64,000 nt of DNA from Macrostomum lignano. Lineage: Eukaryota. Position 1 is the first letter of the stretch; every line of letters begins with the position of its first letter. Both the position numbers and the translations under genes were made by a program. Location: contig NIVC01002002.1 of NCBI GenBank assembly GCA_002269645.1, positions 62,001 to 126,000 of the forward strand, given 5' to 3'. Below the pieces are notes generated by a model. That model did not search any database. It worked only from the letters and a program-made list of their open reading frames with translations, and was not told the DNA's origin. Below are positions 1-12,114 of this stretch, one piece after another.

Positions 1-65
<65 letters not shown>

Positions 66-112
66 GAGTGTCTGTCTGTCTGTCTGTCTGTCTGTCTGAG
101 TGTCTGTCTGAG

Positions 113-149
<37 letters not shown>

Positions 150-214
150 GAGTGTCTGTCTGTCTGTCTGTCTGAGTGTCTGTCTGAGTGTCTGTCTGAG
201 TGTCTGTCTGTCTC

Positions 215-257
<43 letters not shown>
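1..257. repeat. (TGTC)n microsatellite
   Basis: Direct reading; PKG intron. Confidence 0.97.
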
Positions 258-306
258 CAGTGCCAAACCCAGTCTCCATCTGTTTTACTGTCCGTTAATA
301 GCTTAC

Positions 307-400
307 CAGCTCCACCCGGCCGAAGCCGCCAACCCCGAGCGTGGCCACAATGTACAGATCCTTCAGCGTGAGATGTCTGAATTCTTCGGATCGTTTTGAC
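307..400 (-). CDS. PRKG1: cGMP-dependent protein kinase, internal exon (start of kinase domain); gene continues beyond left edge
   Basis: Manual translation [31 protein letters not shown] contains the glycine-rich kinase loop typical of PKG. AG acceptor at 401-402, GTAAGC donor at 301-306, phase matches the upstream exon. Confidence 0.95.
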
Positions 401-496
401 CTGGGTTAAATTTGAATTAGCAAACTATTAGCAATTCGCGAACTTTGAGTAGTGAACCGACACTTAAGGCTTGGTTTTAAGCGAAAAGATACTTAC

Positions 497-565
497 GTTT
501 GCTTCTGCTCGTCCGGGTATTTCCTATCAAAGCTGGCCAAGTCGCCAATAAGCTGCTTATAAGAC
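497..565 (-). CDS. PRKG1: PKG internal exon (end of CNB-B / linker)
   Basis: SYKQLIGDLASFDRKYPDEQKQT; AG at 566-567, GTAAGT at 491-496; phase 2 at both ends. Confidence 0.92.
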
Positions 566-635
566 CTGATGAATACAGAGGGGAAAAAAAAAATTTCAAC
601 TGAAACCTGAAAGTTCACCCGACTCCTCAACTCGA

Positions 636-1120
636 CTCCACTGTGCAAACAGCCAGACACCCCCGACTCCAGGCACCCCTCACTGTGCAAACAGCCACCC
701 CTTCCTGCCCCCGACTCCAGGCACCCCTCACTGTGCAAACAGCCACCCCTTCCTGCCCCCACTCCATGCACCCCTCACTGCGCTAACAGCCACCCCTTCC
801 TGCCCCCGACTCCCCGCACCCCTCAACTGTGCAAACAGCCACTCCTTCCTGCCCCCGACTCCTCGCACCCCTCACTGTGCAAACAGCCACCCATTCCTGC
901 CCCGACTCCAGGCACCCCTCACTGTGCAAACAGCCACCCCTTCCTGCCCCCACTCCATGCACCCCTCACTGCGCAAACAGCCACCCCTTCCTGCCCCCAC
1001 TCCATGCACCCCTCACTGTGCAAACAGCCACCCCTTCCTGCCCCCACTCCATGCACCCCTCACTGTGCAAACAGCCACCCCTTCCTGCCCCCACTCCATG
1101 CACCCCTCACTGCGCAAACA
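636..1120. repeat. 47-bp minisatellite (~10 copies)
   Basis: Unit CCCCTCACTGTGCAAACAGCCACCCCTTCCTGCCCCCACTCCATGCA recurs at 915, 962, 1009. Confidence 0.93.
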
Positions 1121-1141
1121 GCAGAACAGGGTTCAACTTAC

Positions 1142-1213
1142 TCTCTGTTAAGCACCAGACAGTCAACTCCATTTGGGTCCTCTACTACGATGTTGGCAGT
1201 TCTGACGTCTTCG
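1142..1213 (-). CDS. PRKG1: PKG internal exon (CNB-B phosphate-binding cassette)
   Basis: EDVRTANIVVEDPNGVDCLVLNRE; AG at 1214-1215, GTAAGT at 1136-1141. Confidence 0.95.
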
Positions 1214-1378
1214 CTGAAATTGACGGTGATTTTGCGTTAAAACAAAATAGAATTTTGGTGGAGCCATTGTGAAAAAGACACTATAAAGTCATAAAGACAC
1301 CATAAAATGGCAGGTTTTCTCGGCGGTCACGTGGCAAAACCAAATTTCATAGAATAACAACCTCCCTATCAGACTCAC

Positions 1379-1615
1379 TCATTGAGAGCCTTCTCTCCGA
1401 ACCAGTCGCCTTTGCCCATGTTTCGAATGTACACCGTGTCTCCGCTAGTCGAATCCTTCTTAGTGACGCGCACGTTGCCTTTGGCGATGATGTAGAAGGT
1501 GTTGCCCTTGGCGCCCTGTCTGATGACGTACTCCCCGTCGGCGTAGTGGTCGGCCTCCAGCACGTCGGCCAGTTTGCTGAGCGTCTCGCCAGGAAGCTCC
1601 TTGAAGGTTGGTACG
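1379..1615 (-). CDS. PRKG1: PKG internal exon (cyclic-nucleotide-binding domain B)
   Basis: [43 protein letters not shown]...[10 protein letters not shown]; AG at 1616-1617, GTGAGT at 1373-1378. Confidence 0.97.
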
Positions 1616-1659
1616 CTGAAATTTTTAGAGAAAATCTACCGCCGTCAGGATGGCGAACG

Positions 1660-1930
1660 TATATAGTAGTATCAGTATATACATAGCTGTATCAGTATAT
1701 ACATAGCAGTATCAGTATGTACATAGTAGTATCCCAGTATTTACATAGTAGTATCAGTATTTACATAGTAGTATCAGTATGTACATAGTAGTATCATGGC
1801 GAACGTATATAGTAGTATCAGTATGTTCATAGTAGTATCAGTATGTATATAGTAGTATCAGTATGTTCATAGTAGTATCAGTATGTATATAGTAGTATCA
1901 TGGCGAACGTACATAGTAGTATCAGTATGT
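1660..1930. repeat. 20-bp minisatellite
   Basis: Unit ATAGTAGTATCAGTATGTAC with interspersed ATGGCGAACGT. Confidence 0.9.
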
Positions 1931-1980
1931 AAAGAGTGTTTGAATTTTTTTTCAATAGCTAGACATTTATAATAGCGCAC

Positions 1981-2086
1981 CTCTTTAAGAAGTCCATGTA
2001 CTCTTTGTGCTTCAGCAGCCCGGTCTTCATCATGATCGATTGGAAAGTTTGTCTGTCGATTGCCCATAGTTTGCAATTGCTTCGAG
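1981..2086 (-). CDS. PRKG1: PKG internal exon (end of CNB-A)
   Basis: [35 protein letters not shown]; AG at 2087-2088, GTGCGC donor at 1975-1980; phases 1/2 fit the neighbouring exons. Confidence 0.95.
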
Positions 2087-2282
2087 CTGCGGGTGTATTA
2101 TTGCGACAATTCATATTATTTTCAAACCCTAGCGCACTACTAAAAGTAGATGAAGGCCAAGCTTAGTTGATCAATGGGTTTTACTTGTGCCTCAGAAAAA
2201 TTTAGGATTTGAATGTTAGAGTGGAGGAGAGATACAGTCGGATTGAGAGGGAAAGTCAATATGTGAGGGAGAACCGGTTTGA

Positions 2283-2675
2283 GAGGCAGGGAGGGTGAGT
2301 GAGAGGCAGGGAGGGTGAGTGAGTGAGAGTCAGGGAGGGTGAGTGAGAGGCAGAGAGGGTGTGTGAGAGGCAGGGAGGGTGAGTGAGAGGCAGAGAGGGT
2401 GTGTGAGAGGCAGGGAGGGTGAGTGAGAGTCAGGGAGGGTGAGTGAGAGGCAGGGATGGTGAGTGAGAGGCAGGGATGGTGAGTGAGAGTCAGGGAGGGT
2501 GAGTGAGAGGCAGGGAGGGTGAGTGAGAGGCAGGGATGGTGAGTGAGAGTCAGGGAGGGTGAGTGAGAGGCAGGGAGGGTGAGTGAGAGACAGGGATGGT
2601 GAGTGAGAGGCAGGGAGGGTGAGTGAGAGTCAGGGATGGTGAGTGAGAGGCAGGGAGGGTGAGTGAGAGTCAGGG
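2283..2675. repeat. 20-bp G-rich minisatellite
   Basis: Unit CAGGGAGGGTGAGTGAGAGG. Confidence 0.93.
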
Positions 2676-3196
2676 GAGTACTGTAGATCTGTGGAACTCT
2701 CGGCAGCTGGGAGTTGTGTTGAGTGACAGAGTCAGGGAACAAGGAAATGCATTAGCACCATCATTGTTTAATCCCGATATTGATTAGGTGAGTTAACTCG
2801 CTAATCTCTATCCCTTCCTTTGAAGAGAATCTGCAATCAGTTTGCAGTCAGTCAGTTTCATAGATTCGCGATCTGTTAATGCAATTTTGAACTTTACTTT
2901 GCTTTGCTAATCATTTTTGATTAAGCTACTAAGTCTGTGCCGCGGCATTAATATGGATCTGCAAGCGCTTAGGACACCTGTTGGGAATTATTAGATATCA
3001 TATTCTCCCCTTTCTAACCTGTTTATTCTCACTTTATCTGCCCACAACAGGTAGAGCCTAGCAACAGTGGAAATTTCAGGATACGAGGCCAGGCCAGTGT
3101 CCTTGAGAATTGCATGAGATATTGTTGAACTTTCACTAGCCCTTCTACTGCTGATCTGAACTGGTCCACCGCATAGAGAGTGTGTAGCGAAGCAAC

Positions 3197-3240
3197 GTGT
3201 GTGTGCGTGTGTGTGTATGTGTGTGTGTGTGTGCGTGTCA
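3197..3240. repeat. (GT)n microsatellite, imperfect
   Basis: Direct reading. Confidence 0.85.
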
Positions 3241-3437
3241 AACACGGATAAAAACCAGCTTGTATCGAAGCGGCAAGAAAAAGCAGCTCTTGTTGCATTT
3301 TTCTTTCGCTTCTCTTTGGCTGATAATGCGAGAGAGTCAGCTGTATCGATGCAAGTCAATGATACTGTAACTTCTAGGATAGTGAGCTTAGTGAGACCTA
3401 GTCCTGATAGAGTGAATGTCTGTTAGATGTTCTTGTT

Positions 3438-3585
3438 CTGACAGAATGACTGTCACTTCCTGACAGAATGACTGTCACTTCCTGACAGAATGACTGTCAC
3501 TTCCTGACAGAATGACTGTCACTTCCTGACAGAATGACTGTTACTTGCTGACAGAATGACTGTCACTTGCTGACAGAATGACAGT
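3438..3585. repeat. 22-bp minisatellite
   Basis: Unit TGACAGAATGACTGTCACTTCC. Confidence 0.92.
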
Positions 3586-3631
3586 CAGTGTGATCTGGAG
3601 TCACTATCCCTGACACAATGCCTTCGCTCAC

Positions 3632-3748
3632 CTTTCACAGTGGCGGTCCTCTTGCAGTTGTACAAGATGGCCAGCTCCCCGAATACGGTGCCCGGCCCAA
3701 TTTCATTGATCTTGTCGCCTTTCGTATTCGTGACCTCGGCTGAACCCT
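3632..3748 (-). CDS. PRKG1: PKG internal exon (CNB-A phosphate-binding cassette)
   Basis: [38 protein letters not shown]; AG at 3749-3750, GTGAGC at 3626-3631. Confidence 0.96.
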
Positions 3749-3825
3749 CTGCAATGTGTTAAATGGGCAGGGTTCGAATCACTGCCATTGGGATTTTGGG
3801 AAAATTGCCTGCCGAGGGGGATTAC

Positions 3826-3992
3826 CTTCCATCACGTAGACAAGGGAGCCAACTTCGCCAAGTTTAATAATGAGCGCGTGCGCCTTGTGCGACACCGGAT
3901 ACATGTAGTCAATTATCTCGCTGATCTGGGCGTTTTCCAGGTTCTTCATAAACGCGTTCTCCAATATGGCCCGCTTGATCAGGTCGCGCGTT
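3826..3992 (-). CDS. PRKG1: PKG first shared exon (start of CNB-A)
   Basis: TRDLIKRAILENAFMKNLENAQISEIIDYMYPV...GSLVYVME; AG at 3993-3994 (phase 2), GTAATC at 3820-3825. Confidence 0.96.
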
Positions 3993-4034
3993 CTGCATTG
4001 GCATTGCGATTGCGAGGTTTGAGCTGGTTTTAAT

Positions 4035-4430
4035 GAGGGATTCCCCTTGAACATTGAAGTAGAGATTGGGGATTCCCCTTGAACATTGAAGCAGAGATTA
4101 GGGATTCCCCTTGAACATTGGAATTAGAGATTGGGGATTCCCCTTGAACATTGGAATAGAAATTGGGGATTCCCCTTGAACATTGGAGTAGAGATCAGGG
4201 ATTCCCCTTGAATATTGGAATAGAAATTGGGGATTCCCTTTGAACATTGGAGTAGAGATCAGGGATTCCCCTTGAACATTGGAGTAGAGATCAGGGATTC
4301 CCCTTGAGCATACGAGTTGAATTATCGGGGATTCCCCTTGAGCATTGGGGTAGAGATCAGGGATTCCCTTTGAAAAGTGGAGTAAAGATCAGGATTTCCT
4401 TTGGACATTGGAGTAGAAATCGGAGATTCT
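4035..4430. repeat. 32-33-bp minisatellite (~12 copies)
   Basis: Unit GGGATTCCCCTTGAACATTGGAGTAGAGATCA. Confidence 0.92.
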
Positions 4431-4829
4431 CCTCACAGTATCAGGAATGAAGATATTTACACACTGACTAGTAATCAGTAAAAAGGGATTTCACATGAGA
4501 ATTTGAGATAGCAATCAAGGATAGCAGCGAGCTATTCCCGCGAATATTGCGTTACGATGTTTCTTCAGACACAAAAGAAGAAATTTAGCTTTATTCTCGA
4601 GTAGCATAGAATTTTCATTTGAGCAAAAAATTTTTATCCCGGTCTTAACCATCCTGTGCAGTTATAATCCCTTTTAGGGCCCAAAAAGTGCTTCGTTCGA
4701 TATCAGCTCGTAAAACACAGCCAATACTCGTATCTGTGCATGGGACAAGTGCGCCAACAGCCCATCATTTTATCGCCTTACATTTCGCCTGAATGATGAA
4801 TATCAATATGAGCATCCTGAATCGGGTGT

Positions 4830-5781
4830 CTGACTGTCTTAGTGTCTGCCTTAGTGTCTGTCCTAGTGTCTGTCTTAGTATCTGCCTTAGTGTCTGTCCT
4901 AGTGTCTGCCTTAGTGTCTGTCTTAGTGTCTGTCCTAGTGTCTAACCTAGTGTCTGTCCTAGTGTCTGCCTCAGTGTCTGCCTTAGTGTCTGCCTTAGTA
5001 TCTACCTTAGTGTCTGTCCTAGTGTCTGCCTTAGTGTCTGTTCTAGTGTCTGCCTTAGTGTCTGTCCTAGTGTCTTACCTAGTGTCTGTCTTAGTGTCTG
5101 TCCTAGTGTCTAACCTAGTGTCTGTCCTAGTGTCTGCCTTAGTGTCTGCCTTAGTATCTGCCTTAGTGTCTGCCTTAGTGTCTGTCCTAGTGTCTGCCTC
5201 AGTGTCTGCCTTAGTGTCTGCCTTAGTGTCTGCCTTAGTGTCTGCCTTAGTATCTGCCTTAGTGTCTGCCTTAGTGTCTGTCCTAGTGTCTGCCTCAGTG
5301 TCTGCTTTAGTGTCTGCCTTAGTATATCTGCCTTAGTATCTATCCTAGTGTCTGTCCTAGTGTCTGCCTTAGTGTCTTAGTGTCTGCCTTAGTGTCTGTC
5401 CTAGTGCCTGTCTTAGTGTCTGCCTTAGTGTCTGTCTTAGTGTCTGTCCTAGTGTCTAACCTAGTGTCTGTTCTAGTGTCTGCCTTAGTGTCTGTCCTAG
5501 TGTCTGCCTTAGTGTCTTATCAGTGTCTGTCTCAGTGTGTCTCAGTGTCTGTCTCAGTGTCTGTCTCAGTGTCTGTTTTAGTGTCTGTCCTAGTGTCTGC
5601 CTTAGTGTCTGTCCTAGTGTCTGCCTTAGTGTCTATTTTAGTGTCTGTTTCATTGTCTGCCTTAGTGTCTGTCTCAGTGTCTGTCTCAGTGTCTGTCTCA
5701 GTGTCTGTCTCAGTGTCTGTCTCAGTGTCTGTCTCAGTGTCTGTCTCAGTGTCTGTCTCAGTGTCTGTCTCAGTGTCTGTC
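4830..5781. repeat. 12-bp minisatellite
   Basis: TTAGTGTCTGCC grading into TCAGTGTCTGTC. Confidence 0.95.
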
Positions 5782-5795
5782 AGTCCATCTCTCAC

Positions 5796-6175
5796 CGCTG
5801 CGACTTCTCGCAGGGCTTGACATCGTAGAGCGCCAACTCGCTGGAGGACACCCCGCTGATGGCCATCCGCTTGGTGCGCGGCAGCTGCTGCGGCGCCAGC
5901 TGCTGCTGCTGCAGCCCGAAGCCCCTGGCGGCGCTCAGCTGGCGCTGCAAAATCGGCTGCCCGGCCACCGCCCCACCCGGAGTCTCCGGCTGCTGCCGGC
6001 GTCGCGTCAGGCCGCGCAGCCGTTCAACCTCGGCGCGGAGCTGCTCAACCAGACGGTTGCGGGACTCCAGCTCGGACTCCAGTTCGTCAATGAGCCGGTC
6101 GCGCTCGGCCAGCTCGGCGATCTTCTGCTGCAAAGCCAACTGCAGCTCCCGCAGGGTGCCCATCGCTAGAGACAT
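5796..6175 (-). CDS. PRKG1: PKG alternative first coding exon, I-beta-like leucine zipper plus autoinhibitory site
   Basis: (MSLA)[32 protein letters not shown]...[10 protein letters not shown]...EKSQR closely resembles the vertebrate PKG I-beta N-terminus. GTGAGA donor at 5790-5795, phase 2. The start could instead be the ATG at 6163. Confidence 0.92.
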
Positions 6176-6574
6176 GGCGAGCTGCTGTCGAGTGTCACAG
6201 CTTGGCGGCTCAGGCAACCTCGGATAGAAAAAGCTTGGCGCGGATTCTGCCGCCAGCCAATCGGCTTCAGCGGGGACCTGCTTGGCTGCTTCTGCTGGCA
6301 ACACTTGTTCCCGAGTGCCTGCCTCGCCTCTGCCTCTGTCCTTTTATCTCTCTATCCGTTCCTTATCTTGGATGTGACGGGCACTTGCTGTAGGAATTGG
6401 CTGGCTCTTCAAGTTTAGCAATTGCCTGGCTGCTTCTGCTTGCTGCTTCAACAACTGGAGTATTTCTTCTTTTGGTTTCTTGGAAATTGCGGAGTGTAAG
6501 GAGAGAGATATGGAATGTGTTGTATTGTTCGTTTTATTTGACTGTTTTATTGCACTGGCTATTTGAATAATCCG

Positions 6575-6985
6575 ACTGGCTATGAGGCTAATGGGGCTGG
6601 CTATGAGGCTAATGAGACTAGCTATGAGGCTAATGAGACCGGCTATGAGGCTAATGAGAATGGCTATGAGGCTAATGAGACTATCTATGAAGCTAATGAG
6701 ACTATCTATGAAGCTAATGAGACTATCTATGAAGCTAATGAGACTGGCTATGAGGCTAATGAGACTATCTATGAGGCTAATGAGACTATCTATGAAGCTA
6801 ATGAGACTATCTATGAAGCTAATGAGACTGGCTATGAGGCTAATGAGACCGGCTATGAGGCTAATGAGACTATCTATGAAGCTAATGAGACTATCTATGA
6901 GGCTAATGAGACTGGCTATGAGGCTAATGAGACTGGCTATGAGTCTAATGAAACTAGCTATGAGGCTAATGAGACTAGCTATGAT
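6575..6985. repeat. 21-bp minisatellite
   Basis: Unit CTATGAGGCTAATGAGACTGG and variants. Confidence 0.93.
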
Positions 6986-7689
6986 ATTAAGGTAGCTAAA
7001 TTTAGCGGCCGAACCCCTGACACCACTGCTACACCAGGTCTTACAAAATAGAACTATTATTATCGCAACAGTAGCAGGCGCCAAACCCAGTCCCAGCTGA
7101 TAAGAGGATCGATAAAATCCACGGGGCTACTCAGATTCACAAGCTAAGGAATAAATTCTTTTTTGATTGGCTGAGCAGTTTCTGGGACTGCAGCAGCACT
7201 GGGGATAAACATGCAGAACTTGTTGAAACCTGGCTCTGTTTTCCTTGGATTTATTTTTAGCTTAGCATATTCTTCAAGTCCCTGTCTTCGATGACCTCAT
7301 TTTTCCTTGAACCTCTTGTGAGCGACGCGAAATTTCTTTGCCAGAAATCTTCTCTCCAGCTTCTTCGCTTCTTTATCTCTATTCTCCATCTTTTTGCTCA
7401 GCGCAGCGTTAAGCTGTAGGAAATTTTGAGCTCTTGTCGGGGAAGAAATTCTGCATGGACTGCAGCGAGGAACTGGCAGTCTTATTGTGTGTGCCCGCTC
7501 ATGGATAAGCTGCTTCTGCTGTTGTTGTTGCTGCTGCTGCTGCAATTGCAGTCAGTTGTCTCTCAGCGCTAAATGTGCGAGCGATTTTAAGGAATTTGAA
7601 CACGTCAGCGAAGCTGGGGCTGAATAAGGGACAGATTTTAATTGGTAAAATCTATATTATATTATCTTTAGTATTATCTCAAGATAATA

Positions 7690-8470
7690 CTCTCTCCTGC
7701 CTCTCTCCTGCCTCTCCTGCCTCTCTCCTGCCTCTCCTGTCTCTCTCCAGCCTCTCCTGTCTCTCTCCTTGCCTCTCTCCTGCCTCTCCTGTCTCTCTCC
7801 TGCCTCTCCTGTCTCTCTCCTTGCCTCTCTCCTGCCTCTCTCCTGCCTCTCCTGCCTCTCTCCTGCCTCTCCTGTCTCTCTCCTGCCTCTCCTGCCTCTC
7901 CTGCCTCTCCTGTCTCTCTCCTGCCTCTCCTGCCTCTCCTGCCTCTCCTGTCTCTCTCCTGCCTCTCCTGCCTCTCCTGCCTCTCCTGTCTCTCTCCTGC
8001 CTCTCCTGCCTCTCCTGTCTTTCCTGCCTCTCCTGCCTCTCATGTCTCTCTTGCCTCTCCAGTCTCTCTCCTGCCTCTCCTGTCTCTACTTGCCTCTCTC
8101 CTGCCTCTCCTTCCTCTACCTGCCTCTCTCCTTGCCTCTCCTGCCTCTCCTGTCTCTACTTGCCTCTCTCCTGCCTCTCCTTCCTCTACCTGCCTCTCTC
8201 CTTGCCTCTCCTGCCTCTCCTGTCTCTACTTGCCTCTCTCCTGCCTCTCCTTCCTCTACCTGCCTCTCTCCTTGCCTCTCCTGCCTCTCCTGTCTTTCCT
8301 GCCTCTCCTGCCTCTCCAGTCTCTCTCCTGCCTCTCCTGCCTCTCCTGCCTCTCTCCTGCCTCTCTCCTTGCCTCTCCTGCCTCTCCTTCCTCTATTTGC
8401 CTCTCTCCTGCCTCTCCTGCCTCTCCTGCCTCTCTCATGCCTCTCTTTTGCCTCTCCTGCCTCTCTTCTA
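7690..8470. repeat. CT-rich 9-13-bp low-complexity tandem repeat
   Basis: CCTCTCCTG / CTCTCTCCTG units. Confidence 0.92.
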
Positions 8471-9082
8471 ACCGTCACCTCCGTATCTCCTCCTTGCATT
8501 CCCCCATGCCTTTGTTCTACCTACACTTCTCTTCTTTCAGTTGCTAAAAATAGCATTTCAACCCAGCTTGACCGCAGGATTCCATTCTCGATATTCTGCA
8601 CCAAATCAATATTGCAATTATAATAACCGCGCTGAGCAGTGAGAAGTGAAATAACGAATCTACCTGAGCTGAGGGGCCAGACCTGATAATCCAATGCTTG
8701 GGAAGGCAGCGGCTGGCCTCTGGCAGGGGGGAGGCGATCCAGGTCGGGATCGCGGAGGGATGAAACGAGAATCGGACGCGACCGAGTGGACATCTGCTCG
8801 GATCAAGGCGAAACCCGATCGCTCCATGGATCCTCGGCAGGGATATTTTCCCCTAAGTCTGGGTCCCGGCGCTTTTCGCCTCGTGTCCTTTTCACTTCTG
8901 GGTAATGCTGCGGGCCCGGCTGTCTCAAGTGCATAACGGGGAGCGGCTGAACCCCGTTTGGGTAAGCAAAGGAGAACGCGAAAGTATAAAACGTGATTCG
9001 GGCTTCGAAAAAGAGCTTATAGAATTCTGCGGCAACCCCTGCATTCTTTAGCGATTCTAAACAAGCACAGTACCGATCGATA

Positions 9083-9850
<768 letters not shown>

Positions 9851-9903
9851 TTTGTTCATCTGTCTCTATTTCAGTCTATTTATACCACAGCAGCCCTTCT
9901 CAC

Positions 9904-10008
9904 CCGTTGCTTTTATGGTAGATTTTGCCGGTGGACATCTGGGAGACGATGAGCTCATTCTGAGGCTCAGCCGAGATGCCCACTCCGCGATTCCGCCTTG
10001 TGCCGCCT

Positions 10009-10039
<31 letters not shown>

Positions 10040-10301
10040 CGGTGCCGCCTCCATCGCGAATCGGGGAGCCGGCGCTGTGGAACACGGACTGGTACTTGTC
10101 CACCTGGGACAGCAGCTCCGCAATGCGCCGGTCCTTTACCCGCACCTGGGATTTCAGATCCCCAACCTGCTGAGTCAGCTCGGCCAGCTGTTCGTCCCGA
10201 GCCCGGAGGCTCAGCCGCAGCTGCTCCACCTGCTGCTCCTGGCTGTCGTCAGGTTTCGGCGACGAATTCTCGTTCGGCTGCTGAGGATCCGGCGAGGACA
10301 T
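9904..10301 (-). CDS. PRKG1: PKG alternative first coding exon, I-alpha-like leucine zipper plus autoinhibitory site
   Basis: MSSPDP...LRARDEQLAELTQQVGDLKSQVRVKDRRIAELLSQVDKYQSVF...RRNRGVGISAEPQ...KIYHKSNG; GTGAGA donor at 9898-9903, phase 2, in frame with the exon starting at 3992. Confidence 0.88.
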
Positions 10302-10449
10302 CCTGCTGACGGGGGCGGTGGGCGGCGGAGGCTGGGGGATAATTTGCGGATAACGGTGATAGCCTACTCAACAGTAGCAAGGGAAGAATTTGAATTCACT
10401 TTAGGTCGTACCAAGCTGCTATCCAGAAAAGTAAAGAAGCTTGTACACT

Positions 10450-11113
10450 CCTGACACCTACTCTAGCGTTGACATCTACTTCAGTATCATCTGACAGCTA
10501 CTTCAGTACCATCTGACAGCTACTTCAGCACCATCTGACATCTACTTCAGTACCATCTGACACCTACTTCAGTACCATCTAATATTTAATTCAATTAACA
10601 TCGGACATCTACTTCAATACCATCTGACAGCTACTTCAGTACCATCTGACAGCTACTTCAGTATCATCTGGCAGCTACTTCAGTACCATCTGACAGCTAC
10701 TTGAGTACCATCTGACACCTACTTCAGTACCATCTGACACCTACTTCAGTACCATCTGACACCTACTTCAATCCATCTGACAGCTACTTCAATACCATCT
10801 GACAGCTACTTCAATACCATCTGACAGCTACTTCAATACCATCTGACAGCTACTTCAGTACCATCTGACAGCTACTTGAGTACCATCTGACACCTACTTC
10901 AGTACCATCTGACACCTACTTCAGTACCATCTGACACCTACTTCAATCCATCTGACAGCTACTTCAATACCATCTGACAGCTACTTCAATACCATCTGAC
11001 AGCTACTTCAATACCATCTGACAGCTACTTCAGTACCATCTGACAGCTACTTGAGTACCATCTGACACCTACTTCAGTACCATCTGACACCTACTTCAGT
11101 ACCATCTGACAGC
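10450..11113. repeat. 22-bp minisatellite
   Basis: Unit CTACTTCAGTACCATCTGACAG. Confidence 0.93.
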
Positions 11114-11120
11114 TTAAGTA

Positions 11121-11667
11121 CTCAAGTAGAAGGACGTTTCTTAGAAAATATTTAAAAGGCTGGTTTTCGCAGAAAAATGCACTACGGAGATTGGAAGTTT
11201 CATTTTTTCAGCACAAGAATTGTTATTGCTTTTGATAGGAGGCAGACCCCAGTGTTCATCTTTGAATATATTTTGCCTTTCTAATAGCTATATTGATATT
11301 TTCAAAAACTTTTCGTTCAGAAAATTAGGATTCTTTGTTAATTTTTTTCTACGTACAATTGCATGTCCTGTGCCTATAAAAATCATTAATATAGCATTTT
11401 TATGATTTTTAGGTACAGGGAATGTACGTAGAATAAAAAGCCAACATAGAATCCTAATTTTTTAAACAAAAGCTTTATGAATATCAATAGAGCTATAACA
11501 AAGGCACAACTTATCAAAGGATGAACATTTGGTCTGCCTCCTATCGAAAGCAATAACATTTTTTGTGCTGAAAAATGAAAACTTCCTATCTCCGTAGTGT
11601 ATTTCTTTGGAAAAACCTGCCTTCAAAAGTTTTCCAAGAAATGAGGTTTCCAGTCCATCTACTTAGG
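11121..11667. mobile_element. Palindromic MITE/foldback-like element (~550 bp) with possible TA target-site duplication
   Basis: Left and right halves are imperfect reverse complements over about 250 bp (e.g. ACTACGGAGATTGGAAGTTTCA...GGAGGCAGACC vs GGTCTGCCTCC...TCTCCGTAGT). TA at 11119-11120 and 11668-11669. Confidence 0.75.
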
Positions 11668-12114
11668 TAGTCCTTGCATCTGACATCTATGTCAGCACTA
11701 TCTGACACTTATTGCGGCGCTATCTGACACTTTATTTAGTCATATCTGGCACTTATTTAAAAACCGTAAGACACTACTAATACAGATACTATCGCTCTGA
11801 AACCAAATCCCCAGTGCTTGGATATATTGCCACACGCAAAGGAGGAGGTCAAACTGCCTTCGTGACCCCAACACTTTGTCACACATTACAGAATTTACGA
11901 CCAAAACAGCTTTGAAGCTGGCCGCCCATATCAGGCCAGATAAGAATTGTTCCGAATGGCCAATCAATGAAATATTGCTTGCACCTCACTCGCTTACTCC
12001 GTCGGCCAGAAACAAGCAGACCAGAGGGCGGGCAGCCTGCGTGAAAATGGGAACCTTTCACGCCCACGCCCTATCCCTCACGTTCACGACTTAGTATCAA
12101 TCAAGCTTTACATC

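Noticed and set aside
3033-3155. 123-bp AG/GT-bounded segment in a PKG intron whose translation (LASYPEISTVARLYL) faintly resembles a hAT dimerisation motif
   Set aside because: In the intron's phase it introduces a stop. The hAT similarity lacks the following SxERSFS motif, so it is too weak to call.
7297-8793. Short minus-strand ORFs (7297-7545, 8521-8793) as possible extra PKG first exons
   Set aside because: No leucine-zipper or pseudosubstrate motif, and no convincing phase-2 donor.
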